Below are positions 1 to 7,751 of a stretch of DNA of 58,120 bases, piece after piece (position 1 is the first letter of the stretch; each line of letters begins with the position of its first letter). The stretch covers positions 1-58,120 of IMG/VR virus record IMGVR_UViG_3300027969_000117, one strand, 5' to 3'. This DNA comes from a virus. Taxonomy: Duplodnaviria; Caudoviricetes. A program made the position numbers and the translations under genes. The notes under the pieces are model-generated. The model was not told the origin of the DNA. It did not search any database and was given only the letters and a program-made list of their open reading frames with translations.

Positions 1-2
1 GG

Positions 3-116
3 CTTGCTTCCTGCCCCGTGAAGTATGAAGTTGACGATCTTCAAGGGTTTGACGGCGTCAGCGTAGCATTTTATCCACCAACAGAGGACGAAGAAGAGGA
101 GGCTGAAGATGAGTGA
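3..116 (+). CDS. partial hypothetical protein, acidic C-terminus (5' end outside window)
   Basis: open frame from window edge reading ...YPPTEDEEEEAEDE then TGA at 114-116. Confidence 0.5.
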   Translation, partial: LASCPVKYEVDDLQGFDGVSVAFYPPTEDEEEEAEDE

Positions 117-222
117 TGTTATGACGTGGACCGTACTGTCAATGGCCAAGCTGGTCAAGCCCGTGGCTCTGCCTAGCAAGGTTAGTGCTACTATGTCGGG
201 AGGCAAAGTAGTCAAGACCTAG
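109..222 (+). CDS. small hypothetical protein (37 aa)
   Basis: ATG at 109 preceded by GAGGAGG; TAG at 220-222; not in ORF track. Confidence 0.35.
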   Translation: MSDVMTWTVLSMAKLVKPVALPSKVSATMSGGKVVKT

Positions 223-314
223 ACCGTTGTTTTCATACAACAGAGGAATAACCCGCCGGTTGTGCGGGTTTCCCATTTGTGCTATAATACACACATAGAC
301 AACAAAAGGAACTC

Positions 315-464
315 ATGTACGCAATCGTTAACACTACAACCAAAGCTATTACATTTTACAATAATTTTGCCGCCGCTTCCGAAGCGTGTCGCGCTTACAA
401 TGTGCTTCCGGGTCATAACGTATACGTTATTAACTTTGCCGTACCGGAAATCGAACAATTATAA
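315..464 (+). CDS. early hypothetical protein (49 aa, MYAIVNTTTK...)
   Basis: promoter 260-288, SD AAGGA, ATG 315, TAA 462-464; not in ORF track. Confidence 0.7.
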   Translation: MYAIVNTTTKAITFYNNFAAASEACRAYNVLPGHNVYVINFAVPEIEQL

Positions 465-539
465 AATACGTAATAACCCGCCGCAAGCGCGGGTCTTTGT
501 TTTATGTTATAATACACACTTGTTTTAAAAGGAATCAAA

Positions 540-782
540 ATGGGAATTTACGCAAGTACAGTTAACGCATTTGCAGAATCTGCCGCTCGTGCTAAAGTTT
601 ACACTATGCAAAATCGTCTGCAGAGCTACGGACAAACTGCACAGCAGTTAAATGTAAGCACAGCAAAGTTTCGCAGAGATATCGAAGCTAAAAAAGTAAA
701 GTTTATTGCAAAATTAGAAAAAGAACGTGTTGTAAAATTACAACAAGAACTCGCTAGTCTGCAAGCAAAGCATACACAATAA
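540..782 (+). CDS. early hypothetical basic, helical protein
   Basis: own promoter and AAGGA SD; 80 aa ORF. Confidence 0.75.
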   Translation: MGIYASTVNAFAESAARAKVYTMQNRLQSYGQTAQQLNVSTAKFRRDIEAKKVKFIAKLEKERVVKLQQELASLQAKHTQ

Positions 783-860
783 CACTACAGCGCACAGGGT
801 CTTTACTTGACATCTGTGCGTTTTGGAGTTATAATACACACATAGCAACAAAGGAAACAA

Positions 861-1085
861 ATGAAAAACACAATTAAACGCATTAACAAAGCATTTAGCA
901 AACTGTACGCAATGGGAGACAGCGGACTAGATTATTTGGACAAACACTATGCAGTAGATGCGGCTTTAATACAACATTTTTACGACGAGACACTTGACAC
1001 GCTAACTAAAGCACAGTTAAGCGAGCTAGCGGAGCAACTAGAGGAAGTTGCTAGCGATGCGGAATTTGACTTAGAGACAATTTGA
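861..1085 (+). CDS. early hypothetical protein with acidic C-terminal half
   Basis: promoter 807-835, AAGGA SD; no Pro; no TC/CC dinucleotides. Confidence 0.8.
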   Translation: MKNTIKRINKAFSKLYAMGDSGLDYLDKHYAVDAALIQHFYDETLDTLTKAQLSELAEQLEEVASDAEFDLETI

Positions 1086-1131
1086 AGTTATAATAAACAC
1101 TTAAACAAACAACGCAATAGGAGCGAAAACT

Positions 1132-1512
1132 ATGCAAGCAACTACATTTAATGTTAGCGACAAGCTGACACTAGCAAGTACAGACACAGACGAAGACAGC
1201 GTTAGTACAACATACAACTGCAACGTAGAAGTACAACTTGCGGGCGACAGCATATGGGACTGCGAGCTAGAGGCAGTTACAATTACAAGCATACACATTA
1301 GTGAGACAGACTGGGGCGATGGCGACACTAGCATACATATTGCAGTTTGCTATAGTGTAGACGGCTTTGACGATGGCGAAGCACTAGAGGGAAGCTGGCG
1401 TATATACACAGACAGCGGTTTTGAAGCGGCTGTTAGCGAGCTACTAGGCACAGACGTTACATTTACAGAGCAGGGAATGCAAGACGACGGCTACGCGAGC
1501 ATGGAACTGTAA
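1132..1512 (+). CDS. early highly acidic protein (candidate DNA mimic / anti-defence)
   Basis: promoter 1066-1094, SD AGGAGCGAA; many D/E, only one K and one R; no Pro; function is inference. Confidence 0.75.
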   Translation: MQATTFNVSDKLTLASTDTDEDSVSTTYNCNVEVQLAGDSIWDCELEAVTITSIHISETDWGDGDTSIHIAVCYSVDGFDDGEALEGSWRIYTDSGFEAAVSELLGTDVTFTEQGMQDDGYASMEL

Positions 1513-1593
1513 TAGTTGAGTAAAGTGGAAGGGCTTTGGTTGACACTAGAGCCCTTTTGCGTTATAATACACTTACACTAACAAGGAGCACCT

Positions 1594-1773
1594 ATGCTAA
1601 CAACTCAGGAAAAAATCGAGCGTTTACAAATGGCAATCGCTTTGCTACAGGACGCAGACGCAGGCATACAAACTGCCTTAGGGGACACCGAAGCCTGCTA
1701 CGAAATTCACTGTGCTATAGAAAGTCTAATAGACGATGTACAAGACGCAATTAACGCTAAGGAGCAGGCATGA
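1594..1773 (+). CDS. early hypothetical protein (59 aa, MLTTQEKIERLQ...)
   Basis: promoter 1540-1568, SD AAGGAGC, ATGA overlap with next gene; not in ORF track. Confidence 0.75.
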   Translation: MLTTQEKIERLQMAIALLQDADAGIQTALGDTEACYEIHCAIESLIDDVQDAINAKEQA

Positions 1774-2018
1774 TTACCCCAGACACCCTCAAAGAGCTTA
1801 TTTCCTATCATGCCCCTACGCTGACCAAGTTGGCTAGGGAAAGCGGCTACAAGGGCCCTGCGTTTAGCTCGTGTAAGTTCCTGGGCATTACAAACGGGGG
1901 ACAGTTCTGCTACATGGCAGTCTTCTTAGTAGAGGGCGGCACAGACAGCACCAAGTTGTTCTTAACCCACACAGGCAGTAGGGTTAACGTAGACTACCAC
2001 TTGACAGAAGTCTTCTAA
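1770..2018 (+). CDS. early hypothetical protein
   Basis: SD AAGGAGC, coupled ATGA start. Confidence 0.75.
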   Translation: MITPDTLKELISYHAPTLTKLARESGYKGPAFSSCKFLGITNGGQFCYMAVFLVEGGTDSTKLFLTHTGSRVNVDYHLTEVF

Positions 2019-2055
2019 GACGTTATAATACATATATCGCAACAAGGAGCACACT

Positions 2056-2325
2056 ATGTCAGCAGTCAACATCGGCGGTATTACTAAAGTTTACTCGGGC
2101 AAGGCAGGCACCTGTATGTGCGGCTGTGCCGGCAAGTACAGTTACACGTCTCACGGCGCTGTCAACGACAATCCGGGCTATGATGTAAGCGACAGCGTGA
2201 ACGAGCGCTCGGTCAAGATCATAGCAGGCAAAGTGTTGCGTAATCCCAACACTGATCACAGTGACGCAGGTTACGCAGTACTTGAGCAAAATGGTCGGGT
2301 ATTGGTTGTGTTTCTTAAAGACTGA
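2056..2325 (+). CDS. early hypothetical protein with CxCGCxG motif
   Basis: own promoter and SD; YSGKAGTCMCGCAGKY motif. Confidence 0.75.
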   Translation: MSAVNIGGITKVYSGKAGTCMCGCAGKYSYTSHGAVNDNPGYDVSDSVNERSVKIIAGKVLRNPNTDHSDAGYAVLEQNGRVLVVFLKD

Positions 2326-2360
2326 TGTTATAATACATATATCGCAACAAGGAGCAGACA

Positions 2361-2606
2361 ATGAAAGTTAAAGATCTCATCGAGCAGTTAGGCTTCCAGG
2401 ACCCAGAAGCTGAAGTTCACTTTAGCTACAACTATGGCGATCACTGGCGCTCGCAGGTAGCCCCAAAGGTCAGTCAAGTGTTTGAGGGTGTTGTAGAGTT
2501 TAGCGAGTACCACCGCATGGACAAGCTCGTAGACGAAGAAGACACTTACGACGAAGATACTGGCGACTACAAAGCAGACGTTCGCCGTGTTGTTGTTATT
2601 GACTAA
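2361..2606 (+). CDS. early hypothetical protein (MKVKDLIEQL... type)
   Basis: own promoter and SD; N-terminus resembles that of 5719..5943. Confidence 0.78.
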   Translation: MKVKDLIEQLGFQDPEAEVHFSYNYGDHWRSQVAPKVSQVFEGVVEFSEYHRMDKLVDEEDTYDEDTGDYKADVRRVVVID

Positions 2607-2617
2607 AGGAGAAAACT

Positions 2618-2827
2618 ATGTACGCAACGGTAGAAGGTCAGCAAATCAAAGTCGGCGACTATGTCTGCTTCAAGTCAGACGTAGAGCAATGTGGCAAGGT
2701 CGTGGCAATCAAGAAGAGCTACATGGGCACGGCACTCACGCTGGAGAATGAGAGTGGCTTCTCTGGGGGCTACATTGGCGGGCAGACCCGCACAGTTGAA
2801 GAAGCTAGCGACTGCTGGGTTGAATAA
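2618..2827 (+). CDS. early small beta-barrel/SH3-like hypothetical protein
   Basis: AAGGAG SD; IKVGDYV...GKVVAI pattern. Confidence 0.7.
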   Translation: MYATVEGQQIKVGDYVCFKSDVEQCGKVVAIKKSYMGTALTLENESGFSGGYIGGQTRTVEEASDCWVE

Positions 2828-2893
2828 CCCTTCGGTTGACAGGGTTTCCAAAAGACGTTATAATTAAGACTTACACACACTGGAGCACACAAA

Positions 2894-3349
2894 ATGGGTA
2901 CACGAAGCACTATCGCGCTAGAGTTTGCAGACGGCACAGTAGAACAAGTCTACTGTCATTGGGACGGTTACTTGTCGCACAACGGCCATATCCTCGCTAA
3001 ACATTACAGCGATCCGTTCAAATTGCGCGACCTTATTGACTTGGGCGATGTTAGCTCGCTCCGTCCTGAAGTGGGTTCCGGTCATCCCTTTAGTCAGTTT
3101 GACACTACAATGACTACAGAGCAATTTGATGCGCTCTACGGCAATATGTGTACATTCTACGGACGTGACCGTAAAGAGACAGGCACGGGTGCTAAGAAGT
3201 TTGTTGACTTCCAGGACTACTTAGCTCGTCATCAGTATGAGGAATACGAGTATATCCTGCGCAAAGACGGCAACTGGTATGTCAAACAGCACAGCGCAGA
3301 ATACGAGCTGTTGGCGCCAGCATTGGCCAAAGAGCTAGAAACAGCGTGA
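2894..3349 (+). CDS. conserved phage hypothetical protein (MGTRS...YCHWDGY type)
   Basis: motif recognised from large-phage early regions; promoter 2836-2864. Confidence 0.8.
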   Translation: MGTRSTIALEFADGTVEQVYCHWDGYLSHNGHILAKHYSDPFKLRDLIDLGDVSSLRPEVGSGHPFSQFDTTMTTEQFDALYGNMCTFYGRDRKETGTGAKKFVDFQDYLARHQYEEYEYILRKDGNWYVKQHSAEYELLAPALAKELETA

Positions 3350-3402
3350 CAGGGTTCAACAGCAAACGGGCTTCGGCCCTTGACAAACTCAAAGGACAAG
3401 GT

Positions 3403-3618
3403 ATGAAGACAGCAATGGTAACCACTATCCTGCGTCAAGAGATTCAAGTGCCCGATGACTGGGAGCGTGAGGATGTATTGGACTTCTTAGGCGAGTTCCA
3501 ATCGTTCCGTACAGCGTTCCAGGGTGTATCAAACGAAGACCAAACAGCCCGCATCGTTGACTTGTGCGTTGTGGAAGAAGAGATCACAGAGTTAGGCGAT
3601 GTTGCCTACGATAATTAA
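3403..3618 (+). CDS. early hypothetical acidic protein
   Basis: ATG 3403 after AAGGACAAGG (alternative GTG start at 3346). Confidence 0.6.
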   Translation: MKTAMVTTILRQEIQVPDDWEREDVLDFLGEFQSFRTAFQGVSNEDQTARIVDLCVVEEEITELGDVAYDN

Positions 3619-3627
3619 GGAGTTGAT

Positions 3628-3807
3628 ATGAGCGGTATTAAAGATTTGGCTTATGACATTGAGCAACTGTACATCGAAGGACACAGTGCCAAAATGATTT
3701 CGATCATGCTGGACTGCCCAATCGAGCAGGTGTTGGGCTTCTTGGAAGACATTGGTGTGGCAGATGCGCCACAAGAGGAGGTCTATAGTCCATATTACGG
3801 TGCTTGA
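3628..3807 (+). CDS. small hypothetical protein, possible HTH (59 aa, MSGIKDLAYDIEQL...)
   Basis: AAGGAG SD, ATG 3628, TGA 3805-3807; not in ORF track. Confidence 0.65.
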   Translation: MSGIKDLAYDIEQLYIEGHSAKMISIMLDCPIEQVLGFLEDIGVADAPQEEVYSPYYGA

Positions 3808-3908
3808 TTTCGGTTGACAGCCAATCCAAATGGTTGTATAATAGAGTTATGGTTAGGACAGTTCTTAACCATGTTAGTTAACAGACATTCACACACAAGG
3901 AGTTTTAT

Positions 3909-4322
3909 ATGTCTTCATTTTCACATGCTGGTGTTTCTAAACTGGACGGCGAATTCAAAGTTCGCTTCTGTAACGATGCTCTTCGTCAGAAGGTGCTGAT
4001 CAAGAACGGTCACACTGATATTGATATCCTTGAGCTCAAGCACCCTATGACCAAGGTCGAGGCTGTTGAGTTCCTGTTGTCAATTGACTTTGACAATGGC
4101 AATAAGGCTGTCCGTGCCGCACTTGAGCAGGCTTTGGACAAGCGTTCTGCTCCTGAGGCTGCTAATCGCGACAAGCCTAAGAAGGAAGCTAAGAAGCCCA
4201 AGGCTCCTGCTAAGCCTAAGGCCAAGGGTCCAACGATGGATGCTATCAAGGCCAAGGTTGCAGCCAAGACTGCTGTTACCAAAGCTGACGTTACGGCACA
4301 GCTGGAAGACGCTCCGTTCTAA
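3909..4322 (+). CDS. hypothetical protein with Lys/Ala/Pro-rich histone-like tail
   Basis: promoter 3814-3842, AAGGAG SD; KPKKEAKKPKAPAKPKAK segment. Confidence 0.8.
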   Translation: MSSFSHAGVSKLDGEFKVRFCNDALRQKVLIKNGHTDIDILELKHPMTKVEAVEFLLSIDFDNGNKAVRAALEQALDKRSAPEAANRDKPKKEAKKPKAPAKPKAKGPTMDAIKAKVAAKTAVTKADVTAQLEDAPF

Positions 4323-4341
4323 CCCAAAGAGGCCCGAGTGC

Positions 4342-4387
4342 CTCTTTGTAGAGCTCATTAAATAACGTGAGCTCTACAAAGAGCTTT
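4342..4387 (+). terminator. 16 bp perfect hairpin plus T tract, with TAAATA in the loop
   Basis: CTCTTTGTAGAGCTCA / TGAGCTCTACAAAGAG followed by CTTTT. Confidence 0.65.
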
Positions 4388-4397
4388 TAACCAAGGA

Positions 4398-4595
4398 GTG
4401 AATATGAAAGAACTATTAGTCATTGCCGCTGTGATCCTAGTGATCATCTTCGGACCCTTTGCTTCCATTTGGGCGCTGAATGTATTCGGTGACACCTTGT
4501 GGCCGGGCAAGCAGATACCCTACACATTCGAAACTTGGGCGGCCGCTATCATCATGGCAGGCGTCTTCAAGTCTACCATCACTAAGAAGGATTGA
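4398..4595 (+). CDS. small two-TM membrane protein
   Basis: two hydrophobic segments; AAGGAG SD (start 4398 or 4404). Confidence 0.7.
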   Translation: MNMKELLVIAAVILVIIFGPFASIWALNVFGDTLWPGKQIPYTFETWAAAIIMAGVFKSTITKKD

Positions 4596-4598
4596 TCC

Positions 4599-4817
4599 AT
4601 GAGCCGATTACAACTACACGGGCGTCCGTGGGTAGTGTTTGACGCAAAGAACAAGGATCACCGTAAATGGTTTGCGGACTTTAACCAAACGTCCATGTGG
4701 GGTCATTGCCCAGTTCGATTCGTGGTCAACGAGGATCACGGTGACTTGATCACCCAAATCCAACGTGAATTGATTGCCTATTACGTGAATCGAGAGTTTG
4801 GACAAAAAAGTTCTTGA
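4599..4817 (+). CDS. conserved phage hypothetical protein
   Basis: AAGGA SD; FDxxNKDHR...WGHCPVRF pattern. Confidence 0.72.
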   Translation: MSRLQLHGRPWVVFDAKNKDHRKWFADFNQTSMWGHCPVRFVVNEDHGDLITQIQRELIAYYVNREFGQKSS

Positions 4818-4885
4818 CGAGACCGTAATAAGGCTGTAACATAGTATTAACTGTTTAATTACAGTCTTATATAGGAAACTAAAAA

Positions 4886-5158
4886 ATGTTAAACAAAATC
4901 AATTCAGGAACTAAGACACACAAGTTGTTCACAGCCCTACAGTCAGGCGAGCGTTTGACTGCTAGCCAAGCAGAAAAGCGTTTTGGTGTTAAGAACATCA
5001 GCGCCGAAGTAAGCCGCATCCGCCAAGCAGGCTATGCCGTTTACGCCAACAAGCGTACAGCTGGCAACAACGTTGAAGTCACTGAGTATCAGATTGGTAC
5101 ACCAAGCCGCACACTCGTTGCCGCTGGTTACAAGGCTATGGCACTTGGCCTAGTCTAA
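4886..5158 (+). CDS. putative winged helix-turn-helix DNA-binding protein
   Basis: LTASQAEKRFGVKNISAEVSRIRQAGY HTH-like pattern; own promoter 4814-4842. Confidence 0.7.
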   Translation: MLNKINSGTKTHKLFTALQSGERLTASQAEKRFGVKNISAEVSRIRQAGYAVYANKRTAGNNVEVTEYQIGTPSRTLVAAGYKAMALGLV

Positions 5159-5242
5159 GAGTTCGCTCCGAAAGTCCTAGGATTCGCTCCCCTAGGCACC
5201 CTTAGCCCTCGCCTACTGTGAAGTACGCGGGGGCATCTTTTT
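5159..5242 (+). ncRNA. candidate structured 3'-UTR/small RNA ending in an intrinsic terminator
   Basis: TTCGCTCC twice (5162, 5183), the second in the loop of a CCTAGG/CCTAGG stem; GCCCTCGC/GCGGGGGC hairpin then ATCTTTTT. Confidence 0.5.
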
Positions 5243-5300
5243 GGTTGACAACTGGTAAAACCGGTGCTATAATTAACATATAGACAGCAAGGAGTAGAAG

Positions 5301-5441
5301 ATGGAATATACCGTAATTTACCCTAATGGCACTGAGCAGAAGTTCTACATCAGAGCAGTGGCAGAGATGTACGCTATGACCAACAAGGGTCGTGTTGTAG
5401 GAAAGCCACAGTTAGTTTTGGTTGACAAGAAGGCCGCTTGA
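5301..5441 (+). CDS. early hypothetical protein (46 aa, MEYTVIYPNG...)
   Basis: promoter 5245-5273, AAGGAG SD; not in ORF track. Confidence 0.7.
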   Translation: MEYTVIYPNGTEQKFYIRAVAEMYAMTNKGRVVGKPQLVLVDKKAA

Positions 5442-5456
5442 GAGTATAATACACAT

Positions 5457-5660
5457 ATGACAAAACGATATATCTACCTAGAGACTACAGAGTGGCCCGA
5501 AGGCACCGCAACCAACAACGTCTATGTCTTCGATAAGAAGCCCGAAGGACGGACTGCGACCTGTGTGGCGTATGTGCCACAAGGACATACTAAGGTACAG
5601 ATCCTACGCACACCGTTGAAACTCGACCTAAAAGGCAGGACATTCAAAGAGCTTGGTTGA
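5457..5660 (+). CDS. early hypothetical protein, probably leaderless
   Basis: ATG 6 nt after TATAAT 5445-5450; stop is the TGA inside the next TTGACA. Confidence 0.75.
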   Translation: MTKRYIYLETTEWPEGTATNNVYVFDKKPEGRTATCVAYVPQGHTKVQILRTPLKLDLKGRTFKELG

Positions 5661-5718
5661 CAAAGTGGTAAAACCGCGTTATAATACACACATGAAACAA
5701 ACAAAGAAGGAGCGAGAT

Positions 5719-5943
5719 ATGACAGCGATTACAGTTAAAGAGATGATAGAGGCATTGAGCCGTTTGCCCGGAGACGCAGAGTTGGTAGTGACCGAAAGCG
5801 GTTATTACTGCTATGGCGAATTCGCAACGATCATGTTGCCAGAAGCCTACACCATAGAAGGTGTTGGTATGGACGGAGCCGTGGCTGACGAAAATGTTGG
5901 TCGGGTGGTATACCGCATCGGTCACAGTCACCAAAGCTATTAA
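5719..5943 (+). CDS. early hypothetical protein (TVKEMIEAL... type)
   Basis: SD AAGGAGCGAG before ATG 5719 (alternative leaderless ATG at 5692). Confidence 0.72.
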   Translation: MTAITVKEMIEALSRLPGDAELVVTESGYYCYGEFATIMLPEAYTIEGVGMDGAVADENVGRVVYRIGHSHQSY

Positions 5944-5953
5944 GGAGCAAAGC

Positions 5954-6337
5954 ATGCAACTGACAATCCGTAAAACCGTTGAAGTAACCCCATGTACCTA
6001 CAAAGAGATGTGCCGAGCTATCAGCCACGGTAGCTGGGATCCAGGTTGGGATCCTGTAGTCATGCGTCGAATGAAGATGAGCAAGGCCCGGCTCTATGCC
6101 CAACTGTTGGCTGACGAAGTGGGTGCCGCCCACTTCAACAAGACGATGAAGAAGACCTTGAAGAGCGCCGAGAACACCTACTCCGTAGAGAATCCTGAGT
6201 ACTTCCGCTATACTTGGATGTGGGCCCTGCCCAAGAAGCATTGGTTCGCCCTGTGGGCAGATGCCTACGCAGAAGCCGAAGAGAACTACTGGGAAGAGTC
6301 CGATCGCAAGAACTTCCCAGAGGACTTTGAGGAATAA
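5954..6337 (+). CDS. early hypothetical Trp-rich protein
   Basis: SD AAGGAGC before ATG 5954. Confidence 0.7.
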   Translation: MQLTIRKTVEVTPCTYKEMCRAISHGSWDPGWDPVVMRRMKMSKARLYAQLLADEVGAAHFNKTMKKTLKSAENTYSVENPEYFRYTWMWALPKKHWFALWADAYAEAEENYWEESDRKNFPEDFEE

Positions 6338-6460
6338 AATAATGGTTGCCAATGTGTCAACTCCACCACTAGACCCTGCAACTCGCCTGGGTACTTCGTG
6401 GGGTTGACACTGAGGCTTTTTGGTTATATAATACACACATACACTAACAAGGAGCAAACT

Positions 6461-6700
6461 ATGAAACAGAACGAAATCGTAGACTACAAGGGCATTGGCA
6501 CCATCCAGATGACTCTTGATGAGGACGGCAAGAAAGTCTACCTCTATACTCACAATTTCTTCAAGAGGACCAATGATGAAGACACCATCAAGGGTGCCAA
6601 AGAGATGCTGGATTGGGAAGATGGCCAAGCCCGTGAGGTCCGTAATGCTATTAGCATCCTTAGTTCTAGAGGCTACAAAATCTACAGAGAAATCGCTTGA
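6461..6700 (+). CDS. early hypothetical protein
   Basis: promoter 6404-6432, SD AAGGAGC. Confidence 0.72.
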   Translation: MKQNEIVDYKGIGTIQMTLDEDGKKVYLYTHNFFKRTNDEDTIKGAKEMLDWEDGQAREVRNAISILSSRGYKIYREIA

Positions 6701-6752
6701 CAATCTGGTAAAAAGGCCGTATAATACACACTTACACTAACAAGGAGCTGAT

Positions 6753-6971
6753 ATGAAAATTCCAAAACCAGAATCAACTTACAACATCGTAGACAACCCA
6801 ATCCCAAAGAGTGGCATGTGGGCCACCTACAGCCTGGAAGAACTACAGACCCAGGTAGAGAATCTGTCAGGTGCAGAGCGAGCTCTAGCATGGCACTATG
6901 TCATGCTCACACTTAATGCCTGCAACAAGACAGTAGAGGACGAGATCTTGAGCAGAGAAGTATTTGCATAA
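6753..6971 (+). CDS. early hypothetical protein
   Basis: promoter 6697-6725, SD AAGGAGC. Confidence 0.75.
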   Translation: MKIPKPESTYNIVDNPIPKSGMWATYSLEELQTQVENLSGAERALAWHYVMLTLNACNKTVEDEILSREVFA

Positions 6972-7033
6972 TTAGGTTGACCTTTTGGTAAAACCCTGCT
7001 ATAATACACACATACACTAGATAGGAGCGAACA

Positions 7034-7408
7034 ATGGAAGACTTCAAAAGCTGGGAAGAGATGTCCGTAGTCGAGCAGTATGCCTGCCAGTTCTGGGATA
7101 TGTACAAGGATGCCTACGGTGTTCGCCCACGCGGTATTGACACTTCTGCTTGGACCGAAGCTGACTTCGAAGCCGAGTTCGTTAGCCTAAGCAAGGTCAT
7201 TGAGCAGGAAGAGATCGCTCGTAAGGCCTCCGAAGAAAAAGCTGAACACGACTTCGAAATGCGTGTCCTGGGCCTACTACAAACAGGTGCCAAGGATCGT
7301 GCTATGGCGCTCCGTTGGATCCACGAAGCAGAAGGTTCGAATGGTGACGACGAGTTCCTGTGCTATTTGGTAGGCTTGCCCTACGGTTATTTTAGAAAGG
7401 CAGCTTAA
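7034..7408 (+). CDS. conserved phage hypothetical protein (DMYKDAYGVRPR type)
   Basis: promoter 6977-7005, SD AGGAGCGAAC; recognisable motif. Confidence 0.8.
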   Translation: MEDFKSWEEMSVVEQYACQFWDMYKDAYGVRPRGIDTSAWTEADFEAEFVSLSKVIEQEEIARKASEEKAEHDFEMRVLGLLQTGAKDRAMALRWIHEAEGSNGDDEFLCYLVGLPYGYFRKAA

Positions 7409-7599
7409 TGATACATGGTAGCCCATACGATCGCGGCGCGGCCGATAGCTGGTACCGTCGTCCTAAACATCCACACAAGGGCGGCGTTGGTGGAGACTCA
7501 GGCCCCCGCATTGAAGACCTAACAGCAGAGGAGATCGCTCTGTACAACGAGGGCTACGACTGGAACGAACAGTTCGGCGACAAGAAGAACTGGGATTAA
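7408..7599 (+). CDS. conserved phage hypothetical protein (HGSPYDRGAADSWY type)
   Basis: TAATG coupling to upstream gene; recognisable motif. Confidence 0.78.
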   Translation: MIHGSPYDRGAADSWYRRPKHPHKGGVGGDSGPRIEDLTAEEIALYNEGYDWNEQFGDKKNWD

Positions 7600-7664
7600 C
7601 CCGCCGGTTGACAGGGTTACCAAATCCTGTTATAATACATACATCGCAACAAGGAGCACACACA

Positions 7665-7751
7665 ATGGAACAAGCATACATTAACCTAGCAATCATGTTG
7701 AGCCCACTGGCCATCATGCTGGTGGCAATGATCATAGCAGGAGAGTGGTAA
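7665..7751 (+). CDS. 28 aa hydrophobic peptide
   Basis: promoter 7608-7636, SD AAGGAGC; MEQAYINLAIMLSPLAIMLVAMIIAGEW. Confidence 0.6.
   Translation: MEQAYINLAIMLSPLAIMLVAMIIAGEW

Noticed and set aside
262-528. Track ORFs that read through promoters (262..528, 1536..1754, and the 5' extensions at 5653, 6398, 8443)
   Set aside because: They translate promoter sequence (YNTH); shorter SD-led ORFs fit better.
5159-5242. tRNA or hammerhead ribozyme interpretation of the structured element
   Set aside because: No cloverleaf, T-loop or CCA; no CTGATGA...GAAA core in the required order.
5831-6703. 290 aa minus-strand ORF and other antisense or alternate-frame ORFs (e.g. 8043..8477, 15605..16081, 40585..41034)
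   Set aside because: Shadows of better-supported genes with promoters and SDs; no independent signals.
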